NCBI GenBank assembly: GCA_030141605.1
Contig: JAQGDQ010001195.1
Location: forward strand, 1-56,093
DNA length: 56,093 nt
DNA from: Tubiluchus corallicola
Taxonomy: Eukaryota; Animalia; Priapulida
Direction of reading: 5' to 3'
The notes under the pieces: model-generated
What the model was told of the DNA's origin: nothing
Database searches by the model: none
Seen by the model: the letters and a program-made list of their open reading frames with translations, nothing else
Shown: positions 26,632 to 38,478 of the stretch, one piece after another
Position numbering within the stretch: position 1 is the first letter of the stretch
Layout: every line of letters begins with the position of its first letter
Translations under genes and position numbers: made by a program

Positions 26632-27489
26632 CAAATTACAATTTTGTTACCATAGAGAGCCTCTAAGTGGACTTAAAATATCAATTACAATTTTGTGACC
26701 ATAGAGAGCCTCTAAGTGGACTTAAAATATCAGTTACAATTTTGTGACCACAGAGCCCCTAAGTGGACCTAAAATATCAATTACAATTTTGTGACCATAG
26801 AGAGCCTCTAAGTGGACTTAAAATATCAATTACAATTTTGTGACCATAGAGAGCCTCTAAGTGGACTTAAAATATCAATTACAATTTTGTGACCATAGAG
26901 AGCCTCTAAGTGGACTTAAAATATCAATTGCAATTTTGTGACCATAGAGAGCCTCTAAGTGGACTTAAAATATCAATTACAATTTTGTGACCATCGAGAG
27001 CCTCTAAGTGGACTTAAAATATCAATTACAATTTTGTGACCATAGAGAGCCTCTAAGTGGACTTAAAATATCAGTTACAATTTTGTGACCAATTACAATT
27101 TTGTGACCATAGAGAGCCTCTAAGTGGACTTACAATATCAATTATGATTTTGTGACCATAGAGAGCCTCTAAGTGGACTTAAAATATCAATTACAATTTC
27201 GTGACCATAGACAGCCTCTAACTGGACTTAAAATATCAATTACAATTTTGTGACCATAGAGAGCCTCTAAGTGGGCTTAAAATATCAATTACAATTTTGT
27301 GACCATAGAGAACCTCTAAGTGGACTTAAAATGTCAATTACAATTTTGTGACCATAGAGAGCCTCTTAGTGGGCTTAAAATATCAATTACAATTTTGTGA
27401 CCATAGAGAACCTCTAAGTGGACTTAAAATGTCAATTACAATTTTGTGACCATAGAGAGCCTCTAAGTGGACTTAAAATATCAATTACA
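26632..27489. repeat. 49-bp minisatellite (~17 copies) inside the G6PD-fragment intron
   Basis: caattacaattttgtgaccatagagagcctctaagtggacttaaaatat at 26682, 26731, 26778, 26827... Confidence 0.95.
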
Positions 27490-27901
27490 TTGTTTCATGC
27501 ATAATTTAAAATACCCAACTATCAAGGATACATGATACCTAATTGTCTCAAAAACACTGGCCGCTGCTATGCAAAAGTACATAAAAACTGTCTGCAATTG
27601 ACTCAAATAACTCCGCACAATTGATTCTATATTTTTATACATCGAGATATACACGTGGTTACACTGATGTACGTGATGTAAACAAAGTGACAGCCTGCCA
27701 ACTAGCGGTCAGTTTGTGAAATAATGTACTGGGTCCGTAAAAATTTTGTCAACGAATTTACGCGATTTACAAAAATGGCGCTACTCTGAATTCCGCGTGT
27801 CCGCGGATAATTCTCATCCTTGAAAAACGAGTGAGGTCAAATCAAGGTGACCAGTGGTCACAGTTTCATGCTACTCGATCTGCTTAATACAGCGAGATTA
27901 C

Positions 27902-27991
27902 CTTTCCAACAGCGCATAATGAACGGCACTCCCTCCCATCTCTCGTTATTGATGTACCCGACAACAGTAGCATACGTGGGCGTGACGGAGC
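27902..27991 (-). pseudogene. G6PD: G6PD exon fragment (90 nt, phase 1-1)
   Basis: cttctttcag|[30 protein letters not shown]|GTAATC; matches G6PD 'T.T.A......NERW.GVPF..RCGK' with G>W; splices in frame to 26569. Confidence 0.88.
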
Positions 27992-28727
27992 CTGAAAGAA
28001 GAGGGCGCATTACGAAAGCCAAAACGCCAGTGAATAGTGAAATCAAAGCAAATCAATCAAGCAATCAAGCATTTACTAAAAAAAAGGGTTAAACTTTTCC
28101 CTAACTGTAGCGTTCACAAATTGTGAGGTGTATCTTAACCAGCCAGTTTACTTTTCAGGCATTAATAAGCCTTTTCATAGTTCCAGTGATTGACGACAAT
28201 CGTGAAAAGGTCAAAGGTTAAGTGTACCAAACAACACATTTGTGTACACTTGACAACGCCTCACAGCCCATGTTGTTGTAATAGTAACAGTTTTAACAGC
28301 TAGCTAGAACCTTACCTAGTTCATTTTTTCTTGTTCCCAAGCAAGATCCTGCTAGTAAATCACCCTATGTACAGACTAATGCATAACAATTAAACAAAAT
28401 CGACATAAAACAACTGAAGTTATTGAACTGATGTGACAGGCGGCTTTGCTTTACACACATATCATGTGACGGTTGTAGCTAAGACGTATTGCAGTGATGC
28501 ATTTAACCTTTGATCTACAGCAACTACGCATCGCAGTCCATGTTACTATAATTTTAAAATTTTAACATGTTTTAACAGCTTACTAGAACTTTACCTAGTT
28601 CATTTTTTTTGTTCCCAAACAAGATCCTGCCAGTAAATCATCCAATGCACAGACTAATGCGTAATTAAGTTAAGTTCACGAAAAACAACTAAGTTACTAA
28701 ACCGACGCGGCAGCCGGATTTGTTTTA

Positions 28728-29545
28728 CACGCACGTTACATGATGATTGTAGTTAAGATGCGCTGCTGCGGTACACGCACGTTACATGATGGTTGTAGTT
28801 AAGATGCGTTGCTGTGATACACGCACGTTACATGATGGTTGTAGTTAAGATGCGTTGCTGTGGTACACACACGTTACATGATGGTTGTAGTTAAGATGCA
28901 TTGCTGTGGTACACGCACGTTACCTGATGATTGTAGTTAAGATGCGTTGCTGTGGTACACGCACGTTACATGATGGTTGTAGTTAAGATGCGTTGCTGTG
29001 GTACACGCACGTTACATGATGATTGTATTTAAGATGCGTTGCTGTGGTAGACGCACGTTACATGATGTTGTAGTTAAGATGCGCTGCTGTGGTACACGCA
29101 CGTTACATGATGGTTGTAGTTAAGATGCGTTGCTGTGATACACGCACGTTACATGATGGTTGTAGTTAAGATGCATTGCTGTGGTACACGCACGTTACAT
29201 GATGATTGTAGTTAAGATGCGTTGCTGTGGTACATGCACGTTACATGATGGTTGTAGTTAAGATGCGTTGCTGTGGTACACGCACGTTGCATGATGATTG
29301 TAGTTAAGATGCGTTGCTGTGGTACACGCACGTTACATGATGTTGTAGTTAAGATGCATTGCTGTGGTACACGCACGTTACATGATGATTGTAGTTAAGA
29401 TGCATTGCTGTGGTACACGCACGTTACATGATGGTTGTAATTAAGATGCGTTGCTGTGGTACACGCACGTTACATGATGATTGTAGTTAAGATGCGTTGC
29501 TGTGGTACACGCACGTTACATGATGATTGTAGTTAAGATGCGTTT
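28728..29545. repeat. 46-bp minisatellite (~17-18 copies)
   Basis: gcacgttaca at 28731, 28777, 28823... Confidence 0.95.
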
Positions 29546-29657
29546 CTAAAGGCATAAAAATGTAAAACTAAGAAGCTTTTATGGTGAAACTGTTGAGAAT
29601 TTATGACAGCCATATCACAATTATAAACAATAAGTTGATGAATGCAAAAATGCAGCA

Positions 29658-29688
<31 letters not shown>

Positions 29689-30050
29689 CGATGGTGGTGG
29701 TAGTGTGAAGGCATTAGACGAAGTGTTCAGAAAAATTCTGAGATTCTTCCTGTAGGTAAACTCTCTCTGACTTTTCCCTTGCGTGCGAACTCAAACATTA
29801 TTCAAACGTAAGCTCTGCGACGACAAGTCTATAAACATTTTCAGCGGAGAAATTTTATGAATATATTTTATGAAATTTTATTTTTTCACTGAAGTCCACA
29901 CACACACACGCACGCACGCACATGCACGCACACACACACACACACAGAACTCATTTACAATATCCTTATACTGCAGCAGTCATACCACAATCCTGGTACA
30001 GATTATGCAAAACAAATCTTTAGAGCTGATGTCAACATAGCGCCATCTTT

Positions 30051-30475
30051 TGTGCTGATTTAAACTTGTATTGCCCCCTCTTTTCTGTTATAAACTGGTT
30101 TCCTTTTAAACAGGTCATGTGACCAGTCTTTTACCTGTACACTTACCTGTAGATTGGAGTAACTCAGGCGTTCACACACTGCAGTGACAAATTGTTTAGC
30201 GTCATTCATTGATTTGTTGTTATAATTTCATAATTACACTTATAGAAGTCACCATGTAAGTTGATTTCTTAATTTCTTAAATCTTGGACCTTTGTTTATT
30301 AAAAAGACTAGAGATTAGATTTTATAATTTGCGTAAACGTTTGTTAAAGTTAATTAGATCAATTTGGTTTAGATTTCGCCGTAAAATTGAGCAAAATTAT
30401 ATTATTTGTTTTCAGATTAAACGATGCAAGCTACACAATTATGTTGTTGGAGCTTTTTTATAAGAAGGTAGCACA
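30051..30475 (+). repeat. 5' LTR (425 bp)
   Basis: TGTGCT...AGCACA inverted termini; TATAAA at 30089; ATTAAA at 30416. Confidence 0.93.
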
Positions 30476-30523
30476 GTTTAATATGCTTCTTGGTGTAATT
30501 GACATGGACGACAGCTATACCGT

Positions 30524-33500
30524 GTGTCCTTGAGCCAAGCTGGTATCTGGGTAGCTAGTAGCACTCATGACAAGGAAGCCGGAACTGACGCGGATGAAAA
30601 ATCAGCAAAAGCAACTTCAGAGCGGAAAAGCAAGCATAGCGCAAAGGGAGCTGAGAGGGATTCTCAATTCGCATCTTCCAAGACAGCTTCAAAGATGAGT
30701 GAGAGAAAGTTACGACTTCATGAACTGAAAATACAAGAGCAGGAATTAAAGCTGCAAGCAATGAAAATAAGGCATGAACGTTTGCAGAGTGAATTCTCAG
30801 GTGAGCAGAAGTCGCAGGTAACTGACATTAAACCAGCCAATTATGTGGCGCCACCTGTTGCCAAAAAATCGACTAAACAAAAGGTCGCTGAGTGGTTGAA
30901 GCAATCTGAAGACGTATCTGCAGATTTGCAACAAATAAGTGGAAAGTTTGAAGGCTCCAATAGTACAAATAAATACAAAACGGAAGCCTTCGTAATTCTT
31001 GCAACAAATGACAAGTAGACTTTAGGCGCTTTAGTTTTAGCAAGCAGCCTGCGTCGTGTTAGTACAGCTCGTTACTTAACTATCATGGTCACAAATAATA
31101 TATCGCAAAATATGATGAGGCATCTTCACGATAAATTTGACTATGTTCAACTAGTTGAAACAATAGATAGTAATGATCCAGAAAACCTGTATTTATTAGG
31201 AAGGCCTGAGCTTAATGTAACCTATACCAAATTACATTGTTGGCGCCTCACACAATTTAGCAAGTGTATTTTCTTGGACGCCGATACGTTGGTCCTGCAA
31301 AACATTGATGAACTCTTCCAAAGAGAGTTCCGACTGTTTTAATAGCGGCGTGTTTGTGTTTCAGCCAAGTATAGACACGTTCAATCAACTTGTTTCGTTT
31401 GTGACGTCCACGGCTAGCACGTTTGATGGAGGTGACCAAGGAATGCTAAACCAATACTTTAGTAATTGGGCTACAGATTATGAAAAACATTTACCTTTCG
31501 TTTACAATACTTCAATGCAAGGGCAATATGGTTACCAAAACGCCATCAAGTATTTCGGCGAGAATATCAAAGTTGCTCCTTTTATAGGTGCACACAAGCC
31601 TTGGGATGATATCCATAATTTACGACACAGGTACGTGGCTCCTCCTATGGGCGACGCAAGGTATGAACCAAGAATGTTCAGCGAGTGGTTTCATATTTAC
31701 AATGCTGACGTTATGCCTATGTTACATGAGCAACGTATAAGCAATGAAGCGCGCTATAATTTCCGTGATTCTAAAAACTTGCCCGCGGATGACTTAAATG
31801 TTTCAGCACCCACATTTGCCCCCGGGTTTCCAAGTAAAAGCGTGAGCCTTTGCTCAACCTCATACGTAGGCAAACATAAACAACTGCCAGCAACGTCGGC
31901 TGTGGATGAACCTGCTCGCGGATTGCAATGGATGGACCAATCTCAGGACATGACAGCATTCATGAAGATCATGCGTGAGGGACAGCGTCAGCAAATGAAC
32001 ATGTATAATGCCATGCAGCTTCCTGCGGTTGAGCTTGAAAAATTTGATGGCAACGTGATGCATTTCTGGTGTTTTATTAAGCGCTTCGAGGCCAGTGTAG
32101 AGAATTACACAGAAGATGAAGCAGCAAAATACACAAGGTTACTACAACTTTGCACTGGAAGAGCTAAGGCTGTCGTGGAGAGTTGCCATTATATGGATCC
32201 CCATATGGCCTTTAGACGTGCTAAGTATTTGCTAACAGAACGGTTTGGATCTCCCTACATGGTAACTCAGGCTTGGTTGGATAAAATTAACAATTTTAGT
32301 TGTATAAAAATACAGGAGCCAGAAAAGTTACAAGAGTTCTCAGATGCACTTGTTGGGTGTATTGAAACATTAAAATGCATGAACAATTTGAGTGAAATCA
32401 ATACTCAATCCGGTTTACTGCAAATTATTAGAAAACTGCCATATAAGTTCCAAGACAAATGGAAGGATGTTGTGTGCCGGTTACTGAAGACGCAAAACAG
32501 GAACCCATCCATATATGATGCAGTTGACTTTGTGAAAGAAGCAGCAGAGAATATGAATCATCCAGTATATGGAGAATTGTATAACAATGGCCCAAAGAGA
32601 GTGAAGCAAAGTAGTGCAGCCAAAAACTTTGCGAGCATTTCTAAAAATATTGCAACTCCTGGTGCTTCTACGCAAGTTACAAGGGTGAAAGAACGCAATC
32701 TAGAAGAGAGCAAGAAGCCAGGAAACAATGGCAAACAATGCTTGTTGTGTGACTCAGCTGAGCATGTATCATTACAAAAATGCAAAAAATTTAGCACGAT
32801 GAATGACATGGAGAAATTGGCATACACAAGGAAAGAACGTTTGTGCTACAATTGCCTGGCTAAAGGGAGACACAGAGCCTACCAGTGTACAAAACCCCCC
32901 TGCGATGTGGATGGATGCAACCGGAAACACTCTTCCTTACTTCACCATGCATTAGAAAGAAATGCACAAGCGCAGCAGAACAATGCAGCTAGCCAAACGG
33001 AAATGGATCGGCAAAGCACAACTCGAGCAGTCTCGTGTCTAAATAAAGCTTCCCGCACAGTCACAAAGGTGGCGTTACCAGTAGTGCCAGTCTTAGTACA
33101 TGTAGAAGGGAAACAACCTGTAAAAACATTGGCATTATTAGATCCAGGTTCTACAAACACCTTTTGTTCGGAAGCACTGTTTAATCGACTTGGAGCCAAA
33201 GGAAAAGAAAATGTTCTGTTGTTAATTACTATAGAGAAGAAACATAGCAGGACTGACACTATGGTAACTAGCATGACAGTCATGAGGATGGATAGAAACA
33301 ACCATATAGAGCTCCCTTGTGTATTTGTTCGGCCTACTCTCATGTTAGATGTTCAGTCTCTAGCAACGAATGAAGATGTGATAAAATGGCCGCAACTTCG
33401 AGACTTAGATGATGTTCTAATGAACATAGAGAAGAAAGATGTAACGGAATTAGGTCTCTTGATTGGTCAAGATGTCGGTGAGGCATTAATTCCCCTTGAA

Positions 33501-33560
33501 GTAAGGACGGGGGGAAAGGACGCCCCATATGCCATTAGAACCAAACTAGGTTGGACTTAA
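30524..33560 (+). pseudogene. gag-protease polyprotein region with an embedded glycogenin domain (one stop at 31016, one frameshift at ~31330)
   Basis: N-terminal charged/coiled-coil segment; LPAVELEKFDGN..FW..F (DUF1759-type Gag core); CLLC..H..C, CYNC..H..C, CDVDGC..H...LH; protease ALLDPGS and LLIGQD..A.RTKLGWT; possible start ATG at 30504 is out of frame. Confidence 0.88.
30983..31724 (+). pseudogene. GYG: Glycogenin-like GT8 catalytic domain, intronless, inside gag
   Basis: EAFVILATND, GALVLASSL, RPELNVTYTKLHCWRLTQFSKCIFLDADTLVLQNIDELF, DCFNSGVFVFQPS, FDGGDQGMLNQYFSNW, HLPFVYN, QYGY, FIGAHKPW and EWFHIY are colinear with animal glycogenin. Confidence 0.93.
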
Positions 33561-36500
33561 TGGCCCTGTAGGTGGCGGTAGAGTCAATATGTCAGTAGCA
33601 AATAACATGATTTTAACAAACGAAATGCAGAACCAGGATGAAAAACTGCAAAACCTTGTTGAGAGATTTTGGAAATTGGACAGTGTAGATGACGGTGGAC
33701 GTCTGTCCAGAGAAGACATTAAAGTACTAGACATTCGGGAGAAATCAATCACAAAACGAGGTGACCATTATGAACTGCAGATACCATTCAAGGAGGAAAA
33801 ATGCAAATTACCAAATAGCCGGGAGATGGCAGAAAAGAGGCTGGCTAGTTTGGGCACCAGACTAAACAAGAATCTAAAATTACATGAAAAATACACCGAG
33901 GAAATGAATGATTTACTTAGAAAGGGATATGCGGAGAAGGTTGAAGAAGCAGACGACCAAGATGTCACAATGAAATGGTATCGCCCACATTTTCCTGTTT
34001 ATAATGAAAATAAGCCTGACAAAACTCGGATAGTTTTCGATTGTGGAGCGAAATGTGATGGCATCTCGCTGAACATACTAGCATTACAGGGACCTGATCT
34101 GACCAATACACTTCTTGGAGTACTATTGCGGTTCAAGGAGAAGCCCATTGGAATGATGGCAGATATAGTGGGCATGTTTCATCAAGTCTTCGTTGCTCTT
34201 CAGAACAGAGACATGCTACGCTTCCTGTGGTGGCCAGATGGACAATTGGATAAACCACCACAAACTTATAGGATGACAGTGCATTTATTTGGAGGGGTTT
34301 GGTCCCCGAGTGCAGCGTCCTTTGCAGTCAGGCGCACAGCAACAGATAACGTAGAAAACTTTGACTATGAGGCAGTCAGTACTGTACTGCGCAATTTCTA
34401 TGTTGATGACTGCTTGAAATCCGTGGATACAGCAGAGCAAGCTATTAACCTAATTTCTTGCTTGTCTGCATTACTTGCCAAGGGAGGCTTTTGTTTAACC
34501 AAATGGACCAGCAATATCAAGCAGGTTTTAGCAGAAGTTCCAGAAGAGCACAGAGGCAAACTGGTTCAAAATTTAAACTGGGCTCATGATCCACTTCCCA
34601 TTGAGCGTGCCCTTGGGGTCAAATGGGAGGTCGAAGGAGACACCTTTGGAATCCAGGTCAAAACTAGGGATAAATCTCACACCAGGCGAGGACTTCTAAG
34701 CTCACTGGCTTCGGTATACGATCCCCTAGGAATGGTAAACCCATTTGTTTTGCAAGCAAAATTGCTTTTCCAGGATGAATGCCGCATCAAAACGAAGTCC
34801 TGGGATGATAAATTGGAGGATGCAACTGAGAAGAAATGGATTAAGTGGAAGAGCGAATGCCAACTTCTAGAGAGTTTCAAACTAAGCCGTTGTGTGAAGC
34901 CTTGTGATTTTGGCGCGGTTTTGACAAGTGAACTGCACCACTTTTGTGATGCATCGCAATATGCATACGGAGCTGTTAGTTATATACGTTTAACGAATGA
35001 CTGTGGTTCAGTTCATGTATCATTCCTAATGGCAAAGTCTCGACTAGCGCCAATTAAGGGTCTCACAATACCCAGACTGGAGCTGTGTTCAGCAGTACTA
35101 GCAGCAACAATGGACAAAATCCTAAGAGACAAGTTGTCTTTATACATAGATTCCTCAACTTTCTGGACTGATAGTGTCATAGTTCTGCAATATATAAGAA
35201 ACACTACAAAACGGTTTCACACGTTTGTGCAGAACAGAGTGACTCAGATTCTTGAAGTTTCATCTCCCATGCAGTGGCGTCATGTAGATTCACTGGAGAA
35301 CCCTGCTGACGACGTCTCCCGTGGGATGGATGCGGCTTCATTGATAGCCTTGGAAAGATGGAAACATGGACCAAGCTTTCTGCTAGAAACTGAAGAACAT
35401 TGGCCACAACTGAACATAGATGCAGAGAAAGACAGGATAGAAAACGACAAGGAAGTCAAGAAAGTGGCTACAGTTAACAACATTGAAGCGAAAAGTGAAG
35501 CAGATGTAGATGTCATCAATCAGCTGATAAAGCATTACTCATCGCTATATCGATTAAAGATGTCAGCATGGATACTGAGAGTCAAAAGAACACTTCTGGC
35601 TAAAATTAAAGGAAAAGATCTCCCTGAACTGGCTCACCTGACAAAGCCTGAACTGGATGAAGCCTTACACGAAATTACAAGGCATGTACAACGAGAATGC
35701 TTTGGTGCTGAACGTAGAGCATTAAAGTCAAAGGATCAGAATGTCGCAAAGTCAAGCACCTTATACAGACTAAATCTATTTATGGACGAAAAGTGTATCC
35801 TGCGTATTGGAGGCCGCCTGAAGAGATCAACCATGAATAGAGAAGTCAAGCATCCAATTATTCTACCTAAACGTCATAGACTTTCTCGGCTTATTGTAAA
35901 ACAATTCCATAAAGAGAATGGTCATGTTGGAAGAGACCATGTAATGGCATTGGTAAGAGCCAAGTTTTGGATCGTAGGCATAAGAGTGATTGCTCGACAA
36001 GTTTGCCATGAATGTAGAGAATGCCGACTACGTCATTCGCAACCTATGAAACAGAAGATGGCTGACTTGTCGAAAGAGAGGATTGAATGCACTGATGTGT
36101 TCTCTGTGGTTGGAGTGGACTGTTTTGGTCCTTTTCTTGTCAGACGTGGCAGAGTAGAAGTATAACGCTATGGAGCACTATTTACGTGTCTCTCAACTAG
36201 AAGCATCCACTTAGAAGTGCTATACGCCATGACAACAGACTCTTTCAACAGCTACTGCAGAAAGATATTGAGTGGGAGTTTAACCCTCCAAGTGCACCTC
36301 ATATGGGAGGAATATGGGAAGCTATGGTAAAAAGAGCAAAGAAAGTGTTACAGTCAGTAATGATGGAGCAAATCACCGATGACGAAGGCCTACACACACT
36401 ATTTTGCATAGTGGAAAACATTATCAATAGCAGGCCTCTAACGACACTTTCTGATGATCCTGCGGACTTTAACCCTTTGACGCCAAATCACCTTTTGCAG

Positions 36501-36857
36501 ATTCATTGTAAAACCAGCCTACCACCTGGCAAATTTGTTTCGGCAGACATCTACAGAAAGAAGTGGCGGCAGATTCAGCATTTAGCAAATATCTTCTGGC
36601 ATCGATGGCGAACTGAGTATTTGCCAATGTTACAGTACCGCTCTAAATGGAACAAAGAGAGAAGGAACATCCAAGATGGAGATGTCGTTCTCATCATGGA
36701 CAATGCTCCCAGAAATTGCTGGCTGCTAGGGCGCGTGATTGAAAGGCATGTTAGCAATGATGGATTAGTCAGAAGTGTCACCCTCAAGACCAAGGATGGA
36801 CTTCTACGAAGACCCATCCACAAGCTCTGCCTGTTAGAAAGTGTATATGATAATTAG
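33560..36857 (+). pseudogene. pol (RT, RNase H, integrase), disrupted
   Basis: RIVFDC, LQGPDL, ADIVGMF, FYVDD; HFCDAS, TIPRLEL, FWTDS, NPAD; integrase H..GH..C..C, VDCFGP, PHMGGIWE, INSRPL, RPIHKL; frameshift at ~33557, TAA at 36163, deletion at ~36250 removing the SDNG-type catalytic segment. Confidence 0.93.
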
Positions 36858-36940
36858 TTTTGGTAGTAATTGACACATTACTTAAAATGTTAATTAAAGG
36901 GGGTAATGTAAATGCTAAAAGGGAGCATTTAAGGGGGCAG

Positions 36941-37380
36941 TGTGCTGATTTATTTAAACTTGTGTTGCCCCCTCTTTTCTGTTATAAACTGGTTTCCTTT
37001 TAAACAGGTCATGTGACCAGTCTTTTACCTGTACACTTACCTGTAGATTAGAGTAACTCAGGCGTTCACACACTGCAGTGACAAATTGTTTAGTGTCAGT
37101 CATTGATTTGTTGTTATAATTTCATAATTACACTTATAGAAGATCAACATGTAAGTTGATTTGTTAATTTCTTAAATCTTGAACCTTTGTTTATTAAAAA
37201 GACTAGAGATTAGATTTTATTATTTGCGTAAAAGTTTGTTAAAGTTAATTAGATCAATTTGGTTTAGATTTCGCAGTAAATTGAGCAAAATTATATAAAA
37301 TTATGTTATTTGTTTTCAGATTAAACGATACAAGCTACACAATTATGTTGTTGGAGTTTTTTTTATAAGAAGGTAGCACA
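36941..37380 (+). repeat. 3' LTR (440 bp)
   Basis: About a dozen substitutions plus a few indels versus the 5' LTR by eye. Confidence 0.93.
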
Positions 37381-37746
37381 TCTATTGTGCTACCTTCTTA
37401 TAATAGCACATCTATTGTGCTACCTTCTTATAATCTTCTTATATCATAATATAACAATAGATAGCACATATGTGCTATCTATTGTTATATTTTCTTTCTT
37501 TTACTATGTATTGTTTCTTTTTTACTTAGAATTGTGAGTTACCGCTGAATTGCTTCAAAAGTCACATTTGCCCTGAAATACATTCATTGACTTTCTAATG
37601 TAGCATAATTTTGTGATATCAATTACCTCTCTGTATTCTAAACGAAAAACCCGTTTTCTGTTAATGTAGAAAACCATGGATCTTAAAGCAAATTGCATAA
37701 TCTTATGCATAACATTTCATTTCTTATTTACACGTATGAATTGTTA

Positions 37747-38478
37747 GGCGCTATTACACTTTCGCACCGCCTAGCTTTTCCTGGCCTATTGGTTCTTTTC
37801 ACGCCTGCAGGCCAGAAAGCAGACCAACAGGCGTAATATACACCATATTCCCATAATATTATTGCTGCGTACGCTTTATAAGTCCAGATTAAAATCAGAT
37901 TAAAATCATGCATTACTTACCTACAGCCGCCATTAAAAGCTGCACGTGAATAACCGTGTTTACATCACTGATGCGCAATCGCTCTCGCGCAGTGACGTGT
38001 GGCCCTTAACCTGTATTTTTAGTTTCTTCGCATAATTTATGATTATTAGGGTTGCAGCTACGGGAGTTTGTATCGTATCGCGGGTGGGCCTGGAACGGAA
38101 CAGTTATTTATCATTAATTTTATTTATTACTGTAGTATTATTACTATTAGATTATAAAAAAAGCAAAGGTTTTTTCTTTATTTCGTAAATGCGGTGAAGA
38201 TGAAAGTGTGTCACATGCCTTTTAAGCTAGGCCCTGATAATGCATAAACTAGTACGAAATTCGTCACGTGACCACACACACAAACAAGATGGCGATACTG
38301 TGTCGAACTGTGAATACAGCGTAATTATTGGTAATTATACCTAAATATATTATTAAATTACAATTAGATTAGCGGAAACATTCACTGATGACGTAAGGAT
38401 AATAGAATGATGACTTACGAGCCTAAAAACGAGTAATAACCTATAAAAAGCTAGGCGGTGCGAAAGTGTAATAGCGCC
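37747..38478. mobile_element. Non-autonomous TIR element with 8-bp TSD (Merlin- or MULE-like)
   Basis: Perfect 33-bp TIR GGCGCTATTACACTTTCGCACCGCCTAGCTTTT; TSD aattgtta on both sides. Confidence 0.88.

Larger units (their letters stand above)
30051..37380 (+). mobile_element. BEL/Pao LTR retrotransposon, full length, decayed, carrying a glycogenin domain in gag
   Basis: Direct LTRs TG..CA; TSD tcttt/tctat; PPT aagggggcag before the 3' LTR; Gag with three Cys/His knuckles then PR-RT-RH-IN order with BEL-type motifs. Confidence 0.95.

Noticed and set aside
26632-29545. Regular 49-bp and 46-bp repeat arrays as CRISPR
   Set aside because: Head-to-tail units with no unique spacers, no cas genes, eukaryotic context
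30842-31646. YVAPP peptide on both sides of the glycogenin core as an insertion-site duplication
   Set aside because: Only five residues, and the second copy lies inside the glycogenin-homologous region, before its last helix
26368-31724. G6PD and glycogenin fragments as one glucose-metabolism module
   Set aside because: Different strands and mechanisms (intron-containing DNA copy versus intronless capture); G6PD lies outside the LTRs; proximity is best treated as coincidence
33550-33565. Programmed gag-pol ribosomal frameshift
   Set aside because: The break falls inside the conserved LGW.l.GP motif, no slippery heptamer is visible, and BEL/Pao elements typically have one ORF; most likely a 1-nt deletion
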